The notes beneath the pieces are model-generated. The model saw only the letters and a list, made by a program, of their open reading frames with translations. It made no database searches and was not told the origin of the DNA. The translations under genes and the position numbers were made by a program. 56,911 nt of DNA. It comes from a virus. Below are positions 25,427 to 33,101 of the stretch, one piece after another (positions within the stretch are counted from its first letter, which is position 1; each line of letters starts with the position of its first letter). The stretch is from IMG/VR virus record IMGVR_UViG_3300006201_000024; one strand, 5' to 3'.

Positions 25427-25663
25427 ATGGACAATAAGAAAATCGACTGGAAAAGAAAACTGACAAGCCGCAAGCTGTGGGTATCCGTATGCAGCTTCGT
25501 GTCGCTGCTTTCCATGGCGGCAGGAGCAGCAGAAAGCGAGGCGGCGCAGCTTGCATCCATCATCATGGCAGGAGCCACAGTAATCGGCTATGTTGTGGGG
25601 GAGGGACTGGCAGATGCTGCAGGGGAGAAAAGACTGGATCAGGATATGGATAAAAGGGAGTAG
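25427..25663 (+). CDS. Holin (two TM segments)
   Basis: 78 aa; KLTSRKLWVSVCSFVSLLSMAAG and LASIIMAGATVIGYVVG; charged C-terminus; directly upstream of the endolysin. Confidence 0.7.
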   Translation: MDNKKIDWKRKLTSRKLWVSVCSFVSLLSMAAGAAESEAAQLASIIMAGATVIGYVVGEGLADAAGEKRLDQDMDKRE

Positions 25664-25668
25664 AGAAC

Positions 25669-26463
25669 ATGGGATATGTATTTAAGACAGAACTTGCACA
25701 CAGGAGCAATTTTGGCAGCACAAGGGCATACTCGGCAATAAAATATATTGTCATGCATTACACTGCCAATGATGGGGACAGGGCCGAAAACAACGCAAAA
25801 TATTTTCAATCTTCGCATAAGCCTGCGACGTCTGCGCATTATTTTGTAGATAATGATGTGGTTGTTCAGTCCGTGCCGGATAATTTTGTTGCATACGCAG
25901 TAGGAGGCAAAAAATATACAGACTGCGCAGCGACAGGAGGCGGAACGCTGTATGGGAAAGTCACAAACGCCAACAGCATCAGCATTGAGATGTGCGACAC
26001 GCAGCGCGACGGGAAATATCAGGCAACAGAGCAGACAATGTCAAATGCGGCAGAACTATGCCGCAGGCTGATGGACAAGTACGGCGTAGGCATTGACCAT
26101 GTCGTGCGGCATTTTGACGTAAACGGCAAGCATTGCCCGGCGTACTTTATGGACAGCGCAGCGTGGGAAAGGTTTAAGGACAGGCTGCGCACCTGCCAGT
26201 TTGAGGCGGGAAAAGTATATACCACGACAAGATCCTGTTATCTAAGGCGCAGCGCGGGCGCAAAAGATAATAAGGTAAAGCATAAAACGCTGCCGGATTC
26301 AGTCAAAAAGAAATGCCGGAATAAGCTTGGATGGGCAGTATTGAAAAAGAACAGGGCATTCCGGCTTGTCAGATGTGCGTACTCCGGCGGGAATATATGG
26401 GGAAAGATCAAAACGGGGTACTGGGTTCCTCTGATCTACAAGGGAGAAACGAGGGCGAAGTGA
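25669..26463 (+). CDS. Endolysin: N-acetylmuramoyl-L-alanine amidase (Amidase_2/PGRP) with an SH3-like C-terminal domain
   Basis: IKYIVMHYTAN..SAHYFVD...SISIEMC...HVVRHFDVNGKHCPAYF. Confidence 0.9.
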   Translation: MGYVFKTELAHRSNFGSTRAYSAIKYIVMHYTANDGDRAENNAKYFQSSHKPATSAHYFVDNDVVVQSVPDNFVAYAVGGKKYTDCAATGGGTLYGKVTNANSISIEMCDTQRDGKYQATEQTMSNAAELCRRLMDKYGVGIDHVVRHFDVNGKHCPAYFMDSAAWERFKDRLRTCQFEAGKVYTTTRSCYLRRSAGAKDNKVKHKTLPDSVKKKCRNKLGWAVLKKNRAFRLVRCAYSGGNIWGKIKTGYWVPLIYKGETRAK

Positions 26464-26477
26464 ATGCGTGCGAATAT

Positions 26478-26510
26478 TTGGTACAAATTTATTTTCAAAT
26501 GATGTACAAT
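26478..26510 (+). promoter_or_regulatory. Dispersed phage promoter-like motif, copy 4
   Basis: TTGGTACAA (26478-26486), 18 nt, TGTACAAT (-10 at 26505-26510); no ORF follows before the hairpin at 26560. Confidence 0.45.
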
Positions 26511-26559
26511 ATAATTGTTCCAAATAATCCAATCATTTCACATTCCAAATCCTCTTAGA

Positions 26560-26588
26560 GCAGCCCGGTGATCGCATGGCCGGGCTGC
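26560..26588. terminator. Bidirectional hairpin terminator between convergent genes
   Basis: GCAGCCCGG/CCGGGCTGC 9-bp GC-rich stem with an 11-nt loop; no clean U-tract on either side. Confidence 0.6.
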
Positions 26589-26606
26589 GATTATGCATGT
26601 TATTTT

Positions 26607-27200
26607 TTATTTGACGCTATCTATATCTATGGAATATCCAAGGATTTCCCCAACATCTTTACAATATCCTTTTACTGTGATTTCATCTCCGGTCGTTTTC
26701 TCCATAATTATATCTTTCTGATCGTCTGAAGTTATGTAGCATTGTATATTTGCGAGAGTGATTTCATCGGTGGTTATTCCTATATACTTTCCATCGCTGT
26801 CTACATTTCCGAGTTCTCCTTTTATTTTGAGATATTTTCCCTTGTATGCATCAGATGCTTTCATTGCATTTTTTTCTAACGCGTCTATCAGATCCTGAGC
26901 TGATACAGAAATGTATTCTATTTTTTCTTCCTTTTCGTTTTCAACTGAATTATTTTCGCTTGAGCTATCTTTTCCGCCTTCGGATGTATTTGCATTTTTA
27001 GAATTTGCCGATTGACTATCATCAGAATTTCCTCCACTCGCAGCGGCAGCTCCTATTATTAAAATTACGACCACTATCAAAATCCACTTTCCGATTCCGC
27101 CCTGCTTCTTTCTGCACTGCGGGCATATCTTAGCTCCTGCCGGAATTTCGGACTTGCAATGCTTGCATACCTTGGTTCCTTCGCTTTTTGACATTTTCAT
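26607..27200 (-). CDS. Zinc-ribbon membrane protein with an OB-fold-like (tRNA_anti-like) ectodomain; lysogeny-side moron
   Basis: CKHCKSEIPAGAKICPQCRKK, TM WILIVVVILIIGAAAA, then AYKGKYLKIKGELGNVDSDG.. Confidence 0.8.
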   Translation of the reverse strand: MKMSKSEGTKVCKHCKSEIPAGAKICPQCRKKQGGIGKWILIVVVILIIGAAAASGGNSDDSQSANSKNANTSEGGKDSSSENNSVENEKEEKIEYISVSAQDLIDALEKNAMKASDAYKGKYLKIKGELGNVDSDGKYIGITTDEITLANIQCYITSDDQKDIIMEKTTGDEITVKGYCKDVGEILGYSIDIDSVK

Positions 27201-27324
27201 ATCCTCCTATATTTTTAATACATAATATCACAAAATTATTCATAAATCAACCCTGTGTTTTGACAAAATACAATCAATGGTTTGCATTATAATAATGAAG
27301 AAAAAATATTAAGGAGGAATCATT

Positions 27325-27489
27325 GTGGAAAATCAAGAAAAAGCTATAAGCGAAAATTTGTCTGGGGGGGGGGTAAAATGGTATAGGGAAAAGATTATTG
27401 AGATGATCGAAAAAATTGAAAGCCAAAGATTTCTCAAAGCCATTTACATATCCATGTCAGACTATCTAAAAGAAAAAGAGCCGGATTGA
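27325..27489 (+). CDS. Small protein (54 aa) containing a G10 tract; in frame
   Basis: AAGGAGG, 7 nt, then GTG27325; MENQEKAISENLSGGGVKWYREKII..QRFLKAIYISMSDYLKEKEPD; paralog at 11276. Confidence 0.5.
   Translation: MENQEKAISENLSGGGVKWYREKIIEMIEKIESQRFLKAIYISMSDYLKEKEPD
27364..27373 (+). repeat. Poly-G tract, G10
   Basis: gtctGGGGGGGGGGtaaa. Confidence 0.95.
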
Positions 27490-27496
27490 CCGGCTC
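27478..27496. terminator. Hairpin shared by convergent genes
   Basis: GAGCCGG-attga-CCGGCTC overlapping both stop codons. Confidence 0.5.
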
Positions 27497-27872
27497 AATC
27501 TTCCTGCGTTTCAAATAGCTTCTTCATAAATTCCTCTACTGCTTTCAAAACCTTTGGGTCCGTTTCTGCAATGGCGTTCACCCAACGCATGATAGTTTCA
27601 TCGTCTGCCCGTTGTAGCTTTCCAACGTTGGATAAATAGCGGTTGTCTTTGCAGTCCTCTATTTTCATATCGCCCTCACCAGTACGAAGCCATTTATCAC
27701 TTATTCCACATTTTTGACAATACAACTGTATAGCGGCATCTGACGGGATTCTCCTTCCAGTTTCATAACTCGCAAGGTTTGACTGAGGTATTCCTAAAAA
27801 TTTAGCAAAAGTCTCTTGATTTTTTCCGTGTTCAGGAAAAGACTTTCTAACTTTCTTTAATCTATCTTTCAT
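27495..27872 (-). CDS. CI-like repressor (XRE-family HTH)
   Basis: MKDRLKKVRK..ETFAKFLGIPQSNLASYETGRRIPS HTH; SD AAAGGAG before ATG27872; divergent from the early operon. Confidence 0.85.
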   Translation of the reverse strand: MKDRLKKVRKSFPEHGKNQETFAKFLGIPQSNLASYETGRRIPSDAAIQLYCQKCGISDKWLRTGEGDMKIEDCKDNRYLSNVGKLQRADDETIMRWVNAIAETDPKVLKAVEEFMKKLFETQED

Positions 27873-27929
27873 CTTTTCACTCCTTTCAAAATGATTGTAC
27901 ACCAATTAGGGAAAAAAGTCTATAAAAAT

Positions 27930-28001
27930 TTGTACAAAGTACAAAAATTTTGATTGACAATAATTGTACTTAGTGCTATATTATACTTGTACGAAGTACA
28001 A
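27930..28001. promoter_or_regulatory. Lysogeny switch: operators plus rightward promoter
   Basis: TTGTACAAAGTACAA (27930-27944), TTGTACTTAGTGCTA (27964-27978), TTGTACGAAGTACAA (27987-28001); TTGACA (27954-27959), 17 nt, TATATT (27977-27982). Confidence 0.7.
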
Positions 28002-28017
28002 ACAAGGAGGTGTTATC

Positions 28018-28194
28018 ATGGCAGATATTAAAAATTTGGAACTTACCAAAGACCCTTTGACCAATATCAATATTATTTTTCCGATGCTTAATGAGCGGTC
28101 AAAAGAAGCGGTATCGCATCTGATGTTCGGTTGCTATTTGGGTGAATCTATCGCGAAGGGCAGCCAGAGAGACACGCAGCTGCAAGAAGTGTAA
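28018..28194 (+). CDS. First early-operon protein (Cro position), hypothetical
   Basis: AAGGAGGTG plus ATG28018; 58 aa; no clear HTH seen. Confidence 0.55.
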   Translation: MADIKNLELTKDPLTNINIIFPMLNERSKEAVSHLMFGCYLGESIAKGSQRDTQLQEV

Positions 28195-28228
28195 TGAAAG
28201 AAACAGCAAGGAGGTGAGGAGGTGAGAA

Positions 28229-28387
28229 CATGCAAGCATACAAAGAAAAAGAACTTCCCGAAAGAGAAAAGTTAGACCTTGTTATCGAAATAGTTAGGAA
28301 ATTTCGAGAAAAAGGTATCTCTTTCGGACAGGCTAATGAAATTTTGTCTATGGCACAAGATGAATTACCGAAACTTCCACTTAATTA
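28229..28387 (+). CDS. Hypothetical small protein (52 aa)
   Basis: Double SD AGGAGGTGAGGAGGTG before ATG28229. Confidence 0.5.
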
Positions 28388-28491
28388 ATAGTCATAGCAA
28401 AGTGGTTTGGATTGTCTTCATGATTAACAAATCTGATTTCCTTTTGTACTCAGAGGAATATTTAAACACATAAACAAAGAAAAGAGGCAAA

Positions 28492-28698
28492 ATGAAGTAT
28501 GAATACAGAAAATTAAAGGGCCGCATAAAGGAGATATTCGGGACACAGGCCGAGTTTGCTAGGGCATTGAATCTATCTAGAAATTCGGTATCCAGCAAGC
28601 TGACTGGAAGAGTAGAATTTTCGCAGTCCGATGTGGAGCGATGGGCGAAGCTCCTTGACATCGACAGGGCAGAATACGGCCTTTATTTTTACACATGA
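28492..28698 (+). CDS. HTH regulator (DUF739/XRE-like)
   Basis: GTQAEFARALNLSRNSVSSKLTGRVEFSQSDVERWAKLL. Confidence 0.75.
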   Translation: MKYEYRKLKGRIKEIFGTQAEFARALNLSRNSVSSKLTGRVEFSQSDVERWAKLLDIDRAEYGLYFYT

Positions 28699-28862
28699 GA
28701 ACTTGTGATTACAAAATCCGCATATTCAAATGCCCAGGCTGCGGAAATAGGATGTATGCCCCGAAGAATGTGAAGTTTATGACCCACGGAGGACACAAAA
28801 AGAAAATGTACTGCGCATTCTGCAAAGGTATCAGGAAGATGATGCAGATCGGAGTGAAATAG
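28695..28862 (+). CDS. Hypothetical zinc-ribbon protein (55 aa)
   Basis: ATGA overlap with the upstream gene; CPGCGN...CAFCKG. Confidence 0.45.
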   Translation: MRTCDYKIRIFKCPGCGNRMYAPKNVKFMTHGGHKKKMYCAFCKGIRKMMQIGVK

Positions 28863-28921
28863 GAATGGAGAGTATATAAATAGTCAGAAGAGGAAAAGCA
28901 TTCTGGCAGAAAGGAATGGGT

Positions 28922-29044
28922 ATGGAAATAAAAGATATCACAGTGCAGTTATGCGAATACATGGCTGAAATGGGATTCCATGTAGTAATATCTGATGGAG
29001 AGGTTGTGGAATTTGTAAAGCAAAGAGGTTGGAAGCATGATTAA
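28922..29044 (+). CDS. Hypothetical small protein (40 aa)
   Basis: Short ORF in the early operon; below the track cutoff. Confidence 0.3.
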   Translation: MEIKDITVQLCEYMAEMGFHVVISDGEVVEFVKQRGWKHD

Positions 29045-29216
29045 TATATATTGTTATCTTAACAGCTGCGTACACAACCGTGATCGCAGCTGCAGCAAAA
29101 ATACAGTTTCCATAGTAAATAAAACATCAAACGAATTTTATTGCGGCGAAAGAGTATGTTACGCCGCATGTGATGATTATGAGGAACTGGAAAAAAATGA
29201 AGAGCAAGTGGGATGA
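29037..29216 (+). CDS. Hypothetical Cys-rich protein (DUF1540-like pattern)
   Basis: 59 aa; CYLNSCVHNRDRSCS...YCGERVCYAAC. Confidence 0.4.
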   Translation: MINIYCYLNSCVHNRDRSCSKNTVSIVNKTSNEFYCGERVCYAACDDYEELEKNEEQVG

Positions 29217-29299
29217 AATAGAATATAGAATCCCGAACAAAAAACGGCTTGAAAGGCAAAGACAAGCCTATGAGGAGGCAGAAAGAGAGGATAGGGAAA

Positions 29300-29491
29300 A
29301 TGATATACCATTTGGTGATGGGGGATTTTGAATGTGCCATGAGAGAGCCTAGAGAAATCAGGTCCTGGATTGAGAATGAGATCGGGAACTATGATGGGAA
29401 GTCTTCTAGGGCAGAAGAATGGTGCAGGAATGCTTACACCGGCGATGTTTATGATGATGAGATGGTACATATTGAAGTGAAAGAAGGATAA
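29300..29491 (+). CDS. Hypothetical protein
   Basis: 63 aa from ATG29300, preceded by GAGAGGATAGGG. Confidence 0.45.
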   Translation: MIYHLVMGDFECAMREPREIRSWIENEIGNYDGKSSRAEEWCRNAYTGDVYDDEMVHIEVKEG

Positions 29492-29515
29492 TTTTATCAG
29501 GAGGATCAGGAAAGT

Positions 29516-30007
29516 ATGAGTACATTATATGAAATCACAGGAAATTACCTCCGCTTGTTGGAAATGTTGGAGGAAGAAGAAAATATTGACCCACAGGCAT
29601 TCAAGGACACCTTGGAAGGTATTGAGGGAGAGTTTGAGATTAAGGCTGATAACTATGCCAGAATTATCAAAGAACTTCGGGCAGAATCAGAAAAGTATGC
29701 TGCGGAAGTCGGACGGATGCAGAAAAGGATGGAGACTCTTGCGAACAATGAGAAGCGGCTCAAACAGCATTTGTATGAGAGCATGAAAGCTACTGGCAAG
29801 CTGAAATTCAAGACGGATTTATTCAGCTTTGGTATTCAGAAGAACGGAGGTTTACAGCCTATGGAAATTGTGCCTGACGTGGCAATCCCGGACGAATACT
29901 GCCGGAAAGAGCCGGACAACGCCAAAATCCGTGAAGCGCTCAAAGCCGGAAAGGAATTGCCTTTTGCAGTGCTGAAAGAGCGTGGAGAGCATTTGTCTAT
30001 TCGGTGA
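29516..30007 (+). CDS. Siphovirus Gp157 family protein
   Basis: MSTLYEITGNYLRLLEML..IDPQAFKDTLEGIEGEFEIKADNYARIIKEL is typical of Sipho_Gp157. Confidence 0.85.
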   Translation: MSTLYEITGNYLRLLEMLEEEENIDPQAFKDTLEGIEGEFEIKADNYARIIKELRAESEKYAAEVGRMQKRMETLANNEKRLKQHLYESMKATGKLKFKTDLFSFGIQKNGGLQPMEIVPDVAIPDEYCRKEPDNAKIREALKAGKELPFAVLKERGEHLSIR

Positions 30008-30079
30008 ACTGAATGGATATGCGGACTGCCGTTTGTGACGGTTGGAGAGGAATTATAAAAATAATAGGAGGATAGGGAC

Positions 30080-30247
30080 ATGGAAGAAAGAAATATTACT
30101 ATTACCACAGAGGAATACAAGAAGCTGTTGGAGGCATCTGTCAGAGTTTCGGTATTTGCCGACTATGTAAATCAGTCAAAGTACAGTATTGACCGAGAGG
30201 ACTGCGGACGGTTCTTAGGGTTTGAAGTGGTTAAAGAAGAGGATTAA
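30080..30247 (+). CDS. Hypothetical small protein (55 aa)
   Basis: SD TAGGAGGA before ATG30080. Confidence 0.45.
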   Translation: MEERNITITTEEYKKLLEASVRVSVFADYVNQSKYSIDREDCGRFLGFEVVKEED

Positions 30248-30275
30248 TCTTAGGAGATTGGAGGATTAGGGAAAT

Positions 30276-30905
30276 ATGGGACTTCCAGTATTAATTATGG
30301 GTAAATCGGGTTCCGGGAAAAGCACAAGCCTGCGGAATTGTTCGGGCAATCCTGACTGGAACCTTATCAGAGTAATAAATAAGCCGTTGCCGTTCAAGGG
30401 AAAGGTGGACGGGTGGAAAACGGACGATTACGAAACGGTATTGAAGTGTTTGGGCGGTTCTAAGGCGCACAACATTGTCATTGATGATGCCGGGTATCTT
30501 ATTACGAATATGTTTATGCGTGGACACTCAAATGCCGGGAATGGCAATGGAGTATTTACCCTTTATAACAAAATCGGGGATAGCTTTTGGAATCTCATTA
30601 ACTGTATCACAAATCAGCTTCCGGCAGATAAGATTGTCTATGTGATGATGCACGAGGACAAGAACGACTTTGGGGACGTGAAGCCTAAGACCATCGGCAA
30701 GCTGATTGACGAAAAGGTGTGTCTTGAGGGAATGTTTACAATCGTCCTGCGGTGCATTGAGGAATCTGGCAAGCATTTATTTGTGACACAGGCATCAGAC
30801 GGGGCAGTCAGCAAATCCCCTATTGGAATGTTTGAAACGCTGACAATCGACAATGACTTGCTTTTGGTAGAAAAGGCAATCAGGGATTATTACAAGGAGG
30901 ATTAA
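30276..30905 (+). CDS. P-loop ATPase (AAA_24/Sak4-like recombination ATPase)
   Basis: Walker A GKSGSGKST, Walker B IVIDDAG; sits between the Gp157 and DUF669 genes, as in related replication modules. Confidence 0.75.
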   Translation: MGLPVLIMGKSGSGKSTSLRNCSGNPDWNLIRVINKPLPFKGKVDGWKTDDYETVLKCLGGSKAHNIVIDDAGYLITNMFMRGHSNAGNGNGVFTLYNKIGDSFWNLINCITNQLPADKIVYVMMHEDKNDFGDVKPKTIGKLIDEKVCLEGMFTIVLRCIEESGKHLFVTQASDGAVSKSPIGMFETLTIDNDLLLVEKAIRDYYKED

Positions 30906-30909
30906 GGAT

Positions 30910-31524
30910 ATGGCAGTAAACAAGCCTAACAACTATGACAATACGCCTACAGGAGAGTATCAGCCGCCGGAATTAGGGGGGCATAAACTGATTATCAAAC
31001 AGGTCAGCGAGAAGCAGTCAAGCACAGGAAAGCCCATGATTGTTGTTTTGTTCGATTTTGCAGATGATGACAAACAGCCAGGGTATTTTTCGGAACAATT
31101 TGCGAACGATATTCGCCCTGATAAGAAATGGCCTAATCAGGCAACGCAGTACATACTGACAGAGGATAATGAGGGAAAATGCAATCGTTCATTTAAGACC
31201 TTTACAACGTGCGTAGAACACTCAAATGCCGGCTTTCAGGTGCCGTGGGGTGATAAGTTCTGCCAGTGCTTCAAGGGCAAGAAAATTGGCGGTGTGTTCG
31301 GTGAGCAGATGGACTACTACAACGGCGAGGAAAAGAAGAAGCGTGTCCTGCGGTGGTTTGTATCGCTTGACAAGGTTGCAAATGCCGCTGTGCCTGATAT
31401 GAGCGAGACAAAGGCATATAAGGAGTACAAGCAGGGCGGCGGTATGTCGAATTATGGAACGCCGGGGGATGATGGATTTATGAATATTCCGAACGGTATT
31501 GACGAAGAATTACCGTTTAACTAG
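30910..31524 (+). CDS. DUF669-type ssDNA-binding-like protein
   Basis: Module position; acidic C-terminal tip DDGFMNIPNGIDEELPF resembles an SSB tail. Confidence 0.65.
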   Translation: MAVNKPNNYDNTPTGEYQPPELGGHKLIIKQVSEKQSSTGKPMIVVLFDFADDDKQPGYFSEQFANDIRPDKKWPNQATQYILTEDNEGKCNRSFKTFTTCVEHSNAGFQVPWGDKFCQCFKGKKIGGVFGEQMDYYNGEEKKKRVLRWFVSLDKVANAAVPDMSETKAYKEYKQGGGMSNYGTPGDDGFMNIPNGIDEELPFN

Positions 31525-31534
31525 GAGGGTAGAC

Positions 31535-31843
31535 ATGAACCGTAGGAAGAGAAATAAGAGGTTAAAAAAACGTTTAAGGGATAAACAACCACGAATTTTT
31601 TTAGATGGCAATAAGCATGGTGATTTTGTAGATATTACACCATTGAGAAATGATAGGATATATCTTCGTTGTGGTTGTTCGTGCGTGATTATGACTGACC
31701 TTATTGTGCCAAACGAATTTCTTTCATTGCTGATTAATGATTGTATTTTAACGCATGGTTCCGTAGAAGCTTTTTTTGAATCTATCAATTATGATGAAGA
31801 ATACAAAAGAGAATTAATTAGCAAGATCGGGTTTGTGAGGTGA
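31535..31843 (+). CDS. Hypothetical protein
   Basis: TAGGAGGG plus ATG31535; basic N-terminus. Confidence 0.55.
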   Translation: MNRRKRNKRLKKRLRDKQPRIFLDGNKHGDFVDITPLRNDRIYLRCGCSCVIMTDLIVPNEFLSLLINDCILTHGSVEAFFESINYDEEYKRELISKIGFVR

Positions 31844-31847
31844 TGTG

Positions 31848-32360
31848 ATGCAGGTGCAAGTGGACACACGCGAACACGCAAAAGAATGGGAACGCATAAA
31901 AAGGCAGTTTGACACGCTAGGAGTGCAGTATTTTCGCTCGAAAATGTATGTGGCTGATTATATGTCATTAGACAATCCAAGGCTGGTAATCGACCGCAAA
32001 AAGGACTTGCAGGAGATATGCGGGAATGTCTGCCAACAGCATGAGCGTTTCAAGGCTGAGTTGCTTCGTGCAAAGGAGCAGGGGATAAAATTGGTTATCC
32101 TCTGCGAGCATGGAGCGGATATAAAAAGCTTTGAAGATGTGTACTTCTGGAGCAATCCCCGTAAGTATCAGATACGGTGGAAAACAGTCAACGGTAAGCG
32201 TGTAAAGGATGTAATTTCAGCTAAGGCGGTGGACGGGAACCAGCTTTATAAGTCGCTGTGTACGATACGTGACAGGTATAATGTTGATTTCGTTTTCTGC
32301 CGGAAAGAAGAAACGGGGCAGAAAATCATAGAAATTCTTGGAGGGCAGATAGATGAATGA
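31848..32360 (+). CDS. ERCC4-type nuclease (putative junction resolvase)
   Basis: VDTREH...YVADYM....VIDRKKDLQEI matches the ERCC4 D-x-RE/GDY/ERK blocks. Confidence 0.65.
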   Translation: MQVQVDTREHAKEWERIKRQFDTLGVQYFRSKMYVADYMSLDNPRLVIDRKKDLQEICGNVCQQHERFKAELLRAKEQGIKLVILCEHGADIKSFEDVYFWSNPRKYQIRWKTVNGKRVKDVISAKAVDGNQLYKSLCTIRDRYNVDFVFCRKEETGQKIIEILGGQIDE

Positions 32361-32568
32361 AACTGAATTAAAACCATGCCCAAAATGCGGAAAAGAAATT
32401 GATATTGAAAAAGATATGTATATTCCTGATAGGGATTGGTGTCCGACTTTTTATGACCCTGACAGTGGCGGCGACCCTATTTCAATACATTGTGAGTGTG
32501 GATTGGAATTTTCTGCTCATACACATGATTGGGAAGAATTTGTCCAAGAGTGGAATAAAAGGATATGA
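32353..32568 (+). CDS. Lar-like restriction-alleviation family protein
   Basis: LKPCPKCG....C.CG....EEFVQEWNKRI pattern. Confidence 0.5.
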   Translation: MNETELKPCPKCGKEIDIEKDMYIPDRDWCPTFYDPDSGGDPISIHCECGLEFSAHTHDWEEFVQEWNKRI

Positions 32569-33101
32569 CTAAGGAAGAAATAAAAGACCTCTATTCCATG
32601 AAAGATATTCTGGAACGGTATGGACTTCCACAACCAAACAGAGCAGGATTCATATGTTGCCCGTTTCACAAGGAAAAGACGGCGAGTATGAAGATATATA
32701 AGAAGGATTTCCATTGCTTCGGGTGTGCTGCTCATGGTGATATATTTACATTTGTTCAGCTTATGGACGGCCTGACTTTTAAAGAAGCATTTAAGGAGCT
32801 TGGCGGGGAGGCTGACAACAGCTTCTCTGCCCGGTTGAAAATCTACCAAGCACAGAAAAAGCGGGAAATGCAAAAATCAGCAGATGCAGAGCTGAAGGAA
32901 TATAGAGAAATGAATTACCTAATGATGGATATTTGGCGAAATCTGCTTAAATGGGCTGAGCCGCTGTCTGATGCTTGGGGGAATATATATAACAAACTAC
33001 AGATACAGGAATATATCTGGGAAATTTTAAACAACAAAGATCCGGAGGAATGTCGTGAAGTCATTAAACAAATTAAGCAAGGAAGAAATTCTGTCCGGTG
33101 A
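32565..33101 (+). CDS. CHC2 zinc-finger (DnaG-primase-type) protein
   Basis: CCPFHKEKTASMKIYKKDFHCFGCAAHGDIFTF. Confidence 0.85.
   Translation: MTKEEIKDLYSMKDILERYGLPQPNRAGFICCPFHKEKTASMKIYKKDFHCFGCAAHGDIFTFVQLMDGLTFKEAFKELGGEADNSFSARLKIYQAQKKREMQKSADAELKEYREMNYLMMDIWRNLLKWAEPLSDAWGNIYNKLQIQEYIWEILNNKDPEECREVIKQIKQGRNSVR

Noticed and set aside
27260-27293. TTGACA ... TATAAT pair upstream of the G10 small ORF, considered as its promoter
   Set aside because: The spacer is 22 nt, too long for a sigma-A promoter. No alternative -35 box at 17 nt was convincing, so no promoter is called here.
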